A stretch of DNA of 64,000 nucleotides. It comes from Felis catus. Its lineage: Eukaryota. A model generated the notes under the pieces. It did not search any database. It was not told the origin of the DNA and worked only from the letters and a program-made list of their open reading frames with translations. Positions within the stretch are counted from its first letter, which is position 1; the number at the start of each line of letters is the position of its first letter. Of this stretch, positions 36,324 to 48,354 are shown piece after piece. The stretch lies in the NCBI RefSeq assembly GCF_018350175.1, contig NC_058374.1:45446001-45510000 (forward strand), given 5' to 3'. The translations under genes were made by a program, and so were the position numbers.

Positions 36324-37213
36324 AAAAATGTATATGCTGGAGTCTGCATGAGGAAACACTAGATACACAAAACTATGAAAAGTAATTATTTCTGGAGGGG
36401 TTTCAGTTTGGGTTTATTTGAATTTGCACTGAAGATGTACTTCCAAAAATATCAAAGTATTGTAATATAATTGAAGATAAATATGTCTTTTGGTCTTCCA
36501 TCCATGGTTCCTGGCACACAGTTCCCAAAACTCTCGGAATTTCCTAAGTGATATGAGCAGTGGAGGCATCCTTCATTATAATTCATAGTCTCTTGTCCTC
36601 AGTTCCTGAAATTGCTTCAGAACCATAAAGGTGAAATGGGTCCACATCTGGGAAGAGTTGAAATGATACTCAGTGACACAGTACAGATACGAAAGGAAGA
36701 ATCCGGTGAATCAAGGAAGATCACACAGAATTCTTGCCGCCTTCTCTCACAGGCCGACCTGTGTAGCTGAAAGTGCCTTTCCTTTCAGATAATGCTTCAA
36801 GTGCCAAAGAATCCCCAAGAAGAATTTCCTCCGTTGGCTGTTTCCAAAAATCACGACGTGAGCGACCTGAAAGGTATAGAATTCTTATCCTGTAACCAAA
36901 CATCCAAACCAAGCCAGCTTGCTCTGCAACCAGAAATACTCCCACAAGTGTCATGAAAAAGGTCAATTGATGCAGTGCAAAGAACACAAGAAATTAAAAC
37001 ACAGTTGTTATCACTCTGAAATAGGCCTCCATGCTGGGGCCTCTCGAATCCCTGATGAGCTCAATGTGCTTCGTGTATTTCAACAAGAAACAAGCAGCAG
37101 AAAAAAAGAAAATCAAGGAAAGGGAGACGGGACAGAGGAACCTGTAGGGCCCAAAGCAGGCCGCCCCACAATGTGCCACTTTGGCATACTAATTATTTAA
37201 ATAAAAGTTACTT

Positions 37214-37388
37214 GGGGGCGCCTGGGTGGCTCAGTTGGTTGAGAGGCCAACTCTTGATTTTGGCTCAGGTCATGATCTCGCAGTCTGTGGGTTTGAACCC
37301 TGCATCTGGCTCTGTGCTGACAGTGTGGAGCCTGCTTGGGGTTCTCGTTCTCTCTCTTTCTGCCCCTCCCTCACTCACAAGTGCACCC

Positions 37389-37430
<42 letters not shown>
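37214..37430 (+). mobile_element. CAN-SINE without A tail inside the TAS2R pseudogene
   Basis: Head and body end in (TC)n that abuts TAS2R sequence; no TSD. Confidence 0.9.
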
Positions 37431-37434
<4 letters not shown>

Positions 37435-37548
37435 TTATTGTTTTTGGAGATGATATCAGAAGACATCAAAACTATGTAGCAAAGGAAAGCTCATGAACAG
37501 GAAGGTTATAGATACTGCTTTCAGCAGAAGCATGAAAACTACCTCATT

Positions 37549-37622
37549 CACCTTTTGGGATGAGCACTGGGTGTTGTATGGAAACCAATTTGTCAATAAA
37601 TTTCATATAGAAGATAAAAAAA
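37549..37622 (+). mobile_element. 74-bp felid L1 3' end inside the TAS2R pseudogene
   Basis: caccttttgggatgagcactgggtg...aataaa, poly-A; perfect 14-bp TSD aaaactacctcatt (37535-37548, 37623-37636). Confidence 0.92.
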
Positions 37623-38418
37623 AAAACTACCTCATTAATGCTCCATTTTAGCCAAAGGGAAAGCGAATCTGAGAAATAGGCATTCAGGAAGGAAAAAAAA
37701 AAAAAAAGACATCAGGACGAGTAGCAAAACAAGTGCTCAAGTGGTTGGGTAGTATCCAGATACTAGTTAGGACATGGTTTCTTTCCATAGTATGGGGGAG
37801 TTTCCCATACAACGGCACTGAACACAAATTGACAATTGTTAGCCACAACCGACTGATCCTAGCAAAGTCCGAACTAATAAGAATAAACGCAACCAAGCAT
37901 AACTTCTGAAATGTTACTTGCGAGTCCAATGAATCCAATTCCTTAAAATACCCATTATGTCCCACTTGTTACACCTATGGGAACTTTCTCCAATGTATTC
38001 AACATGGCTGCAAACGGAAGACTCTAATCTGCAGTTTGTTGACTGATACCCACATGATTTACTAGATAACGGTATGGAGTTTATGTTTAATTAGGCAATA
38101 GTATCCTACTTGTTTTTTACCGTGGCTCTTTTTTGCTATGCAGCCCAGTAACGTGCAATGCAGCTGTGGAATGACTCTCTGTAACATCCATTGAACATTT
38201 CCAACCAGCTCTGCTGAGGATTTCCAGTCTTGGTCCAGATGTCAGCCAGAAACTGTAAATAGCCTGTGTAGAGAGATGGTTCAAAGACCAGGTTCTCATT
38301 TGCTAATATGTAAATAAAGGCACGGATTAACTTTCACTCTTTTGAATAAAAATCCCTCTCCTCTTTCAAGGAGCTGCTTTGTTTGGTTTGCAAGTCTAAA
38401 TTGTGAAATAGGTACCTC

Positions 38419-38819
38419 TGTCAAATGACATAAATTCAACCGAGTGAGTAAAACTTAAAAATCGAATTGGCTTTATTAATCAATTCATGAATCAAACAGC
38501 ATCCCACCTAGCAAGTAGCGGGGAGCTCCAAAGGGTTACAGAAAAGGAAATGTTTTTAAAGGTAGACAGGAAGTGGAAAAAAAGAAGATTTTAACAAAGA
38601 TCCATTGTTTTAGGCAAGGTCACCCTCCTAAGGGGAATGGAAGGGGGCTATCAGTAAATTTCCTAGGGCTGATCAGGAGATTCCATTTTGATTGGTTAAA
38701 GGTTATATTGTAGGGTGGGTTGAAAATACAGTTAGGTTAGGTATTAAGTCTTGGTTTATTGACTTGGGAACTTAACCCAAGTGACATACCATTTTGGACC
38801 TGTGGTTTTCTTTTTAATA
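38419..38819 (-). mobile_element. Solo LTR (ERV1-like, ~400 bp)
   Basis: tgtcaa...tttaata termini, 4-bp flanks cctc/cccc, minus-strand AATAAA (ggctttattaat on plus). Confidence 0.7.
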
Positions 38820-39520
38820 CCCCCAACACTAATTTTCACCACGTTAAAATATCTCCACATGCAGGCAAAGCTAGCAATCCCTACATTTCTGATTACTATA
38901 CACTCATCGTGCAGGTCACTGCATTACAGAGTAAAACACAGGGTTTGTAATTTTCAGAAAACTTGGCAAGCAATATAGAAATCTAACCTTGGTATCATAA
39001 TTCCCAAGGAAACGTAGGCCTTTCCTTGCCTTTCCTACTAGCTAGTTTGCTAGTTGGAGGATGCTCTGGGACTAACTGAACTTTAGCACCTCACCCTCTA
39101 AACACAGACAAATCTACCATAAAGGAGAACCCACCAACAATCTACACACGGTCCAAGGAGAGTTTCACCATCCTGTTTTTTGGTAGCAAAATACGTTCGG
39201 AGGAACGTATTTCATGCCCTGAGGACCAGGGATGAAATAAGAGTTTAGGGGATTAATGACACCTCTTTTTCTCCCTCCACCCTCCAGTGTACCCAAAATA
39301 ACTCTCTTTCTCTAGTCTATTGTCTTATGTTGGATTAGTCATTCCATAGACTAGGGAGAGTTCACAAAGGCTAGTTCTTAATTTCTCAGACAAATCCAAT
39401 ATCAGTTCTGCAATTATGGCTCCTAGTCCTTTGCAGATCATCTAGTCACGGAAGCCGGAAATCTATGCCAAGCTGAGTTCCCTGCTACTCGCTACCAAAA
39501 CCAGTTAATTTCATGCTCTT

Positions 39521-39744
39521 TTTTTTTTTAATTTTTTTTTTCAACGTTTATTTATCTTTGGGACAGAGAGAGACAGAGCATGAACGGGGGAGGGGCAGAG
39601 AGAGAGGGAGACACAGAATCGGAAACAGGCTCCAGGCTCTGAGCCATCAGCCCAGAGCTTGACGCGGGGCTCGAACTCCCGGACCGCGAGATCGTGACCT
39701 GGCTGAAGTCGGACGCTTAACCGACTGCGCCACCCAGGCGCCCC
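39521..39744 (-). mobile_element. Young SINEC_Fc
   Basis: TSD aatttcatgctctt. Confidence 0.94.
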
Positions 39745-40062
39745 AATTTCATGCTCTTAATAGCTCTCAAATCTATCCTTTTTCGCCAAGCCTGTGGCAA
39801 CTATCTTAGTTCAGACTCATTTTTGCCACAGCCTGGAAGAATAGTCTCCTCATCATTCACTCGACTTACAATCTTATCCGTTTATAGCAATCCTTTCCCT
39901 CAAGTGTGTATATGGTCTTCTTTAGCGAAAACCTGACCGCTATTTCCAGGATAAAGTCCAAATGCATCGATACTTTCATGCTTTATTCCTGGCACTCATC
40001 CCTCTTCTGACTCTTGCAGATATTGTTTTAGATACAGTTGCTTCTAGAAAAATGTCCCTCTT

Positions 40063-40278
40063 GAGGTGCCTGGGTGGCTCAGCTGGCTGAGCGTCCCACT
40101 TTGGCTCAGGTCATGATCTCACAGTTCGTGAGTTCCAGCTCCGCGTGGGTCTCTGTGCTGATGAGCCTGGAGCCTGCTTCAGATTCTGTGTCTCCCTCTC
40201 TCTCTGCCCCTCCCCCACTCGTTCCCTCTCTCTCTCTCTCTCTCTGTTTCTCAAAAATAAACATACTTTAAAAAAAAG
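40063..40278 (+). mobile_element. CAN-SINE
   Basis: Full body and tail. Confidence 0.88.
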
Positions 40279-40974
40279 AAACTGACTTTTCGAAAAATCT
40301 TCCTCTTCATCTAAAATTGGATTTGGTGCCTTTTTTTTTTCCATCCTGTATCTCTCTAATTATAGTATATTTTGTGCTTTATTATTACTGTTTTGTGGGC
40401 TGTCATTTTTTGTATAGAAGCAAAATTCTGATGTTTCACTGTCAAAATCCTCTCAGTAAACGCAAAACCTGACAAATAGTAAACAATAAAATTTGCTGGA
40501 TTAGAATAAACACCATCATAGAAAGTTTTAGACATATATAAAAGTAGATAAAAATTAAAATACCAATCATGTGTTAATATTTATGCTGATTGCCTTCCAG
40601 TATTTTAATATTTAACTACTCATGAGTTATCATTATACACAGTTAGAATCATACTATTTTTGTAATGCTGACGTCTACTTTTTAATTACTAGCTTTAGAA
40701 GCTAAGGCCTTTTATGAGTTTTATAAATTGTCCACAACAATGATTCTAAGAGCCTACTAACATTACATCAGGACCTGTAACACTTTTATTTCAAGTAATC
40801 CCTTATTATGAGGGTACTTTTATCTCCTTTTTGTTCTACTTTATTTTCTCTGTTATGTACAGCACGGCAATGTTTATCTAAGTATATGTAAATATTATTC
40901 TTAGATGAAACTTCAGCCCATGAGATTATGATTTTAAATGTATAAGCATTTTTACATTTTCTGATGCATATTTT

Positions 40975-41202
40975 CTTTTCTTTTTAAATCTGTATTTTGA
41001 GAGAGACACACAGAGAGAAAGAGAGAGAAAACACAAGCGGGGGAGGGGCAGAGAGAGAGGGACAGAGAGAATCCCACACAGGCTCCACTGGCCCGATGGG
41101 CTGAGCCCAATGCCGGGCTCAAACTCTGGAACTGTGAGATCACGACCTGAGCCTAAATCAAGAGTCGATGGATACTTAACCTACTGAGCCACCCAGACGC
41201 CC
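40975..41202 (-). mobile_element. CAN-SINE
   Basis: TSD ctgatgcatattt. Confidence 0.9.
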
Positions 41203-41431
41203 CTGATGCATATTTTTCAATCCAAATTGTTATTGGCCTGTGCAAAGTTACTACCATTAGTTAATAAAAAAATACTTAATTTAGAAAGTGGAACATGGCA
41301 TTTTTCCATCGTGAAGTATCTGTTCATATTCATAACTTGTTTATTTGAGGAGTGTTAGTGATTTTCTTATGTATTTTCACCAATTCTTTTTATGTTGGAG
41401 TTGCAAGCACATTTCCTGTTTCCTCTAAAAA

Positions 41432-41464
41432 TGAATGAATGAATGAATGAAAGAATGAATGAAT
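41432..41464. repeat. Imperfect (GAAT)n microsatellite
   Basis: aatgaatgaatgaatgaatgaaagaatgaatgaat. Confidence 0.85.
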
Positions 41465-41683
41465 CTCAGTTATCATTTGCTTTTTAACTTACTTTAGAAG
41501 TTATTAATTCATATTCAAAAAATTCATTCATAGTCACCAATGGAATATTGATCAACATCTATACTCTTCCCCTTCCAGACAGAAAATCTTTAATATCTTT
41601 ACTTCCAAACTCTTTACCCCACGATTTCCACTATTGTGATAACTTGGAACTTAGTTCCAGGTTAATACTATTTTGCCTTTCTT

Positions 41684-41894
41684 TTTTTTTTTTTAACGTT
41701 TATTTATTTTTGAGACAGAGAGAGACAGAGCATGAACGGGGGAGGGTCAGAGAGAGGGAGACACAGAATCTGAAACAGGCTCCAGGCTCTGAGCGGTCAG
41801 CACAGAGCCCGACGCGGGGCTCGAACTCACGGACCGCGAGATCGTGACCTGAGCCGAAGTTGGCCGCTTAACCGACTGAGCCACCCAGGCGCCC
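41684..41894 (-). mobile_element. CAN-SINE
   Basis: TSD ctattttgcctttctt. Confidence 0.93.
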
Positions 41895-42174
41895 CTATTT
41901 TGCCTTTCTTTATTAGCTCATCAAACTGCACAGATCTAGTAACAACAGCTTTCTAAACAAAAGTTTTATTTTTCTCATCTCAAGTACAACACAGTACAAA
42001 AAAATCATATTTAAAATTAGCTGGGACACTTAAAAGAGACTTAGGAATAGAGTCAATAAAAAAAAAAAAAGCAGAACACCTAAAAGGAAAGAATAACTGT
42101 GAAATGTTATTAAATAACCTAAAAGAAGGCTTATGGAAACTAATTTGGATGTTATATTCTTAGAAGGAAATGCA

Positions 42175-42379
42175 GGGTTGCCTGGGTGGCTTGGTCGGTT
42201 AAGTGTCCGACGTCAGCTCAGGTCACGATCTCATGAGCTCTCAAGTTTGAGCCCCATGCCAGGCTCTCTCCTGGCAGTGCAGAGCCCTCTTTGGATCCTC
42301 TGTCCCCCTCTCTCTCTCCCCTCCCCAGCTTCTGCCCACTCTCTCTCTGTCTCCAAAATAATAAACATTTTTTAAAAAG
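42175..42379 (+). mobile_element. CAN-SINE
   Basis: TSD agaaggaaat(g/t)ca. Confidence 0.9.
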
Positions 42380-42907
42380 AGAAGGAAATTCAGTATGTTT
42401 TAGAGAAATCTATAACTTCAGTGCAAGTCTAGTAAGAATCCCAACAGTATATTTTATGGGATTTGAGAAGTTGATTCTGAGAATCCCTTAGAAGAGGAAA
42501 TGTTGCAGAATCGATAAGAAAGTGAAGAAGAATGAGAGGCCACACATTGGCAGACTGATCTGACAGTGACTGTTTAAAAAATAAATTTGAACATAATTAT
42601 GAGGAACACATACAAAAGTTCATCACGTTTAGCTCTAACTACCAATGTCTTCACACAGTTATACCATTCCTGGCCGCTGTGGACATTGGAGTTTGCTACC
42701 TTTACATAAAGGTACATTACTTAAAAGTTTATTGGCCGTCCATTCAAACTAGTCAGATTTCCTACCTCACAAAGTATATGAAAGTAACTAGGAGTTTGAT
42801 TGAAGATATAACAGTTAAAAAAACATGCGTACAAGACAAAAAAAAAAAACTAACAAAAAACAAAACAAACAAATTAGGGAGATATTTTTTAAAAATTGAA
42901 TGTGAAA

Positions 42908-43128
42908 GGGGTGCCTGGGTGGCTCAGTCGGTTAAGCGGCAGACTTCGGCTCAGGTCATGATCTCGTGGTCTGTGAGTTCGAGCCCCGCGTCGGGCTCTG
43001 CGCTGACAGCTCAGAGCCTGGAGCCTGTTTCAGATTCTGTGTCTCCCTCCCTCTCTGACCTTCCTCCATTCATGCTCTGTCTCTCTCTGTCTCAAAAATG
43101 AATAAACATTAAAAAAAAATTTTTTTTA
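42908..43128 (+). mobile_element. CAN-SINE
   Basis: TSD aattgaatgtgaaag. Confidence 0.93.
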
Positions 43129-43169
43129 ATTGAATGTGAAAGTCCTCTTATGAGCTGAATTCAAAATTC

Positions 43170-43320
43170 CAGAACTGGGGAGGTTGGTAGGGAATGAATG
43201 AAATAGAGGATTAAGAGGACACTTATGGTGATGAGCACTGAATAATGTATAGAAATACTGAATCATTATATTGTACACCTGAAATGAATATAACACTGTA
43301 TATTAATTATACTCAATTAA
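43170..43320 (+). mobile_element. L1 3' end
   Basis: gtgatgagcactgaataatgtatagaaatactgaatcattatattgtacacctgaa. Confidence 0.7.
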
Positions 43321-44959
43321 GAAAAACATAAAGAACAAAATCTCAGAACCATAAAAGAAACAAGGGAGAAATTTAGCACATAGAACGGAAAAATAATTCC
43401 ATGAAAAATAATACCATAGCAAAATTTTTAAAAAGAAATAATTTATTGGAAAATATTTGCAACGTTTGTGACACACAGAGATAATATTCATAATTAATGA
43501 GGGAGTCTTATGGGTTCATAAGAAAAAGTTAAATAGTCTTGTTAGAAAAGGGATAAGGTTTATGACAAGACCAATAACTAAATTAAGAAAAATTGTGCAG
43601 TATCTCAGTTTCTTTCAAGTTGTAAAGGACGCCATTTTCCCCAAAACAAGCAGTCCATCTGCCCCCACAGAAATTCTGCAAAGTCATAGCTCCACTTCCT
43701 TGTCCAACATAATTACCAGACCCAGGGTCTCCTACCCATGATGCTCTGGTCTTTAGGCAACTGGTGACTTTAACTTGGAGTGAGAAAATTGACTTTAGTT
43801 CCCTCTACCTACCAAGGCATATCCTAGATTAAGGTCATAAAATCAAATGTGCTGGATGGGAACATAAAGGTGTAATGTTGCTGAGTGCAGACCACTGAAG
43901 GTTCTAGGTGTGGAAAATTAGAGACACAATAGTTGAAAGTATAAGTATATTAGTCAAGACAAGAAACAAAACAAAAACAAACACACAAAAAACAACAACA
44001 ATGAAAATCACATACATGAGCTAAATCTTGCCCACTGATATCACCCGCAAGTATAGATATTAAAAATTCACATTGAGGCAAATCACACCAATGAAAGAGA
44101 AATACTAGCTTGAACACACAAAAGAACAAACCTTCAAGAAAATGCAGGGAATGCAAAGGACACAGAATACTAAATCAATATAACACCCAGCACTGTTGGT
44201 AGATCAGAGGAATTTGAGAGGCTTTCATAACTATATATCGATAATATTATCGCATAGTAAAATGGCAAACAGAATACTTGGAACTTAAAATCACCTCTGT
44301 CTCTTTAATTATTAGTATAGTCGTGCTGAATTAGAGAAGAGACTCTTCGGAATCTCAAATTAGTGAGCTGGAAGTTCCAGCCTAATAATTTGTGTAAAAT
44401 GTTTCAGAAGAAATAAGAAAGAAAAATTCTGACAAAGTAATGAGGACACTTGTAAAATAATAATATAATATAAATGTCTATCTGCTGGTATTTGAAAAAT
44501 ACAAGAAGATAAATGAGAAGAAATAATCAAATAATGGGGGAAAACTCTTAGCCAAATAAAACTCTGGATTGAAAGGGTATTCCAAGGGCTAAACTGAGGA
44601 CATTCTTGAGGCTTTAATAGAAAGAGAACACCCATAATTATAGTAATAATAAAAATTAAAAAAAAAACAAATAAGCAAACTCCACAGCTAGATATATTGG
44701 AGAAAGTTATAGATTGCAACAGTAAAGATCAATGCTTCAAACTTTCAAACGCTGTTTGATTCGTATACCACAGGAAAAATTACAATTCTCAGGATCAGAC
44801 TCCTAACTTAGGCTGCTACAAAAGACATCCACAGTCTCTCAACCAGTTTCTGGCTACAGTTTCAGACATCATATCTGTATTGGAGTAAATCAACATAGCA
44901 TATGCAATTATTCATCTATCAATGTTTTTGTTTTTGGGTTTTTTTGTTTGTTTGTTTGT

Positions 44960-45070
44960 TTGCTGTAGCACTGTAATAAAGTGTAACTGTGACTATAATA
45001 GCTTTTTCTGAGGTCCCTGAGCATTTCTCTGAGTCATTAAACATAAGGGTGGCCTTGGGGACCCCTGACA
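44960..45070 (+). mobile_element. LTR 3' end (MER21/MER68-like)
   Basis: ctgtaataaagtgtaactgtgactataatagctttttctgag...ccttggggacccctgaca. Confidence 0.55.
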
Positions 45071-45611
45071 TAGATGCCTACAAAAAAATGAGTCTGCATT
45101 AAAATATCTGGTATGATTGACAGCTTTCCTTAGCCAAAAGAGAACCCGAGGGGGACACTGGCTGTTTAACTTTGTTGCAATCATAAAGAAACCAAAAGCA
45201 GCAGGAATGCTGGGGAGAAGAACAAGAATCAGCAATGAAACAACCTTTCCCACATCAGGTGTTCAGGCTTGAATAGGATCTGAAAAAGGTAAGTGAGAAA
45301 AGTTGGATATTAAATGACAGATTTAAACTTTGGTTTTGGTCTGGATTGGACGCGACGTATAGCTGCTGTAGGATCTGCCTAAGGTTTTATCCTGGCAAAA
45401 GAAGAACTCAGCAAAATAGGGTTGTAGGGGCCTTGGGGGAAAGAATAAATTTGCTTTCTACTTTCATGCTACTGAAGTCCAACTTTTTGAAAATAAGGTG
45501 CATTTATACCTCACCTAGACAAAGCTTTTCAAATATTCTACCCTCTTAAAATGTAGGCATCCCATACCTAAATTAAACTGCCCAAGGAAGGAACCAAAAG
45601 CAAGTGATCAC

Positions 45612-46030
45612 TTATTATGCTAAGTAAAGTAAGTCAGGCAGAGAAAGACAAATACTGTATGTTAGTTATATGTGGAATCTGAAAAAGATGAACATGCGAA
45701 AAGAGGGGCTGGGGTTGAGGATACTGGGGAGATGTTGTGTAGGAGTACAAAGTTACAGCTAGTAGATAAATAAGTTCTGGAAGTCTAATGTACGACACAG
45801 TGATTATAGCCAACAGCGTAACTTATAAACTTCAAATTTGCTAAGAGAGTAGATCTGAATTGCTCTCAACACACCAAAAAGAACTGATAATTATGTAGCA
45901 TCATAGAGGTGTTAGCTAATGCCACAGTGGTAATCATATGGCAATATATAAATGTATCCAACCAACACTTTGTATACCTCAGACTTACACATGTCAGTTA
46001 CATGTCAGTTACATCTCCATTTTTAAAAAA
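45612..46030 (+). mobile_element. L1 3'UTR (L1MA/L1_Carn-like)
   Basis: attatgctaagtaaagtaagtcaggcagagaaagacaaatactgtatg...ttgctaagagagtagatc. Confidence 0.75.
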
Positions 46031-46484
46031 AATCAGTTCTACCCTATTCATTTTTCTATGATATATTCTATAGGCCTTTAAAACAACTTATTTTTAAAAA
46101 AAATAAATACATTTTTTCTCATACACCAATGGAAAGTCAAACAGCAAACTTAAATCCTGTTGCTTAAAAACTAGAACATCTATGAGAGAGAAAGGTGAAA
46201 TAAATAAAATAAATTTTTATTTACTGGGGGCTGGGGGTAGCAAGCAACCTCTGTCAAAACATGAGATTCCTGATAACCCAGAATTAATGAGTAATAATTG
46301 GTACCGAAACTGGCACTATACCTGGGGAATAAGAAAAATATGAAACTATTCTGCATTGTGTTTTCTGTATTTTTTTTCATACAAAATAACCTCTATAGTA
46401 CCCTAGACTTTGAGCCTTGTATTTTGGGGGGTAAGAGGCACCAAGCTATTTTATTTGAATGAACAGTACAAATGAAAGAAGTTT

Positions 46485-46594
46485 AAAAAAAATACGGAGT
46501 GCTTTGTGAATGTGTGCATCAACCTTGGGTAGGGGCCGTGCTAATCTCTGTATCATTCCAATTTCTAGTAAATGTGCTGCCCAAGTGAAGACAC
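46485..46594 (-). pseudogene. RNU6: U6 snRNA retropseudogene, near full length
   Basis: Minus strand reads GTGTCTTCACTTGGGCAGCACATTTACTAGAAATTGGAATGATACAGAGATTAGCACGGCCCCTACCCAAGG...CCGTATTTTTTTT, collinear with U6 including the ACAGAGA box, but with many substitutions and a small deletion. Confidence 0.92.
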
Positions 46595-46660
46595 CTTGTA
46601 TTTTCTAAGCCTTGTGTTTTCATTCATTTATTTATTTGAAACCACCTTTGCCATATATTT

Positions 46661-46875
46661 TTAAAAATTTTTAACGTTTTATTTACTTTTGAGAGACAGA
46701 GGGAGAGAGCATGAGCAGGAGCGGGGAAGAGAGTGAGGGAGACATGGAATCTGAAGCAGGCTCAGGGTCCGAGCTGTCAGCACAGAGCCTGACGTGGGAC
46801 TCAACCCCATGGACCATGAGATCATGACCTGAGCTGAAGTCAGATGCTTAACGACTGAGACACTCAGGCGCCCCC
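46661..46875 (-). mobile_element. CAN-SINE
   Basis: TSD ctttg(c/g)catatattt. Confidence 0.9.
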
Positions 46876-47424
46876 AACTTTGGCATATATTTAAGAAATA
46901 GTAGGGTTCTCATGGGCTCTCCAACAGGACTTCTAGGCACAGGCTGTGGATGCATCACCAAAAATTTGTCATGCCAGTTCGTTCTATGTTCATCCTTTCC
47001 CAAATACCACTTTAAGTCATGGTTAGCCATCAGCCACAGGTAATAAGGTTTTAGAATGTCCAAATATTCATTTCATGAATTCTGGGGGTTTTCTGTCTCT
47101 GAGACTTGCTACACTTAATTTTGTACAGTTGTAATCTAGCCACAAGTAAATTTCTGTCTTCCCGAGTCTTTTCTCGTCTCTCATCAAATTCCCATTGCCT
47201 TGGTGATATATTCTAATTTTACAATTAATTACATCATCACTATTCTGATGGAAACACAGCAAAATCTTTTTCTTTTAACTTATTCGAGGCAGATGTTTTC
47301 AGTAAGATGCAATGACCCTGTCGCAAAACAGAATAAAGGAAGTGGAGAGGAAGGAAAGAAACGCACATGGAGTTCTATTCATTATCTTCACTCTTGACAA
47401 AATCGCAGTCATTACAGGCATGTT

Positions 47425-48354
47425 TTATGGGCGTGTGGGTTTCCTTAGATGCAGGCACTTCAGCTTCTTCAGGACACAGAGAGAAGCCTGTTTCAATTTG
47501 CTGGTCCATAAAATCAGAAGAAATGTATGGCCAGATGGATATAAAAATACTAGTGTATTAGCAAAAATCTTTGCCACCAAACTATCTAGGATGACGTAGG
47601 CCAAATTCATCATAATAGTGCTCAAATAGTACATAAAGAAGAAGAGTAGGAATGAAATCATAGCCTTCATGGCTCTCACGTGAACTTTTGTGGTAGGATC
47701 CCCACCTCTGCCCTTCATCTGCCTGGTGTGGCTCCATAAGGAACAGATCAAAAGGACAAAGGAAGCCAGAGACACTGCAAAGGGGATGATGAACATTATG
47801 TTCAGGAGCATATGAGACAAAAATAACTCATATGTTCTCATTGTGAAACTCACTGTCCAATTTCTTTCCGCGTTTACCTTGTTTTTGATCAGACTCGTGA
47901 ACACTGTATCCTTAAAGGGAAGAGACAAGCAGAAAGAGAAGACTGCGGCCAGTACAATCGTGAGAAGCACTTTGTGAATTCTCCATTTTATCCAGAGGAA
48001 AAGAGGGTTGGAAAAGTTGGCTATCTTGAAGAAATAGAAGACACTGAGGCAGGTGGTACAGGTTATGCAGAAATAATTGGATCCTGTCCAGAGGATTTCA
48101 AACCTTATTAGTTGATTATTCTTGTTCCATATTTCTTCACAAGGTACATCTAAACCTATGCCTAAAATTATTATGCACAACAGAACTATTCTGGAAATAG
48201 CTAGGCAGGTAATAATAAAGTCAATTACGAAGAATTTCCAGTTCCTGATCCAGTCAATACAGTTAACCAATATAATGAATCCATTTCCCAAAATCCCCAT
48301 TATGAATTCTCCAGCAAACAGTATCATAAATACATTCTTCAATATGCTTGCCAT
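47425..48354 (-). CDS. TAS2R12: Bitter taste receptor type 2 member 12 (309 aa, intact)
   Basis: ATG at 48354; GEFIMGILGNGFIILVNCIDW, LWTGSNYFC, FYFFKIANFSNPLFLW, YPSGHTFLLILW; sequon NWT in ECL2. Resembles carnivore TAS2R12 as recalled (a pseudogene in human). Confidence 0.82.
   Translation of the reverse strand: MASILKNVFMILFAGEFIMGILGNGFIILVNCIDWIRNWKFFVIDFIITCLAISRIVLLCIIILGIGLDVPCEEIWNKNNQLIRFEILWTGSNYFCITCTTCLSVFYFFKIANFSNPLFLWIKWRIHKVLLTIVLAAVFSFCLSLPFKDTVFTSLIKNKVNAERNWTVSFTMRTYELFLSHMLLNIMFIIPFAVSLASFVLLICSLWSHTRQMKGRGGDPTTKVHVRAMKAMISFLLFFFMYYLSTIMMNLAYVILDSLVAKIFANTLVFLYPSGHTFLLILWTSKLKQASLCVLKKLKCLHLRKPTRP

Larger units (their letters stand above)
36747..38005 (-). pseudogene. 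TAS2R pseudogene, TAS2R11-like (symbol uncertain), interrupted by an L1 fragment and a SINE
   Basis: ATG at 38005 (MLNTLEKV); fragments QKLCLVAFIL, WILPNHLSTCFAT, LWLKWSINEVVFMLLL, RDSRGPSMEAYFRVI, FGNSQRRKFFLGILWHLK; stop TGA 36747-36749. Lesions: N-terminal indels, A15 run 37693-37707, stops at 37456-37458, 37435-37437 and 36994-36996, insertions 37549-37622 and 37214-37430. Confidence 0.85.
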
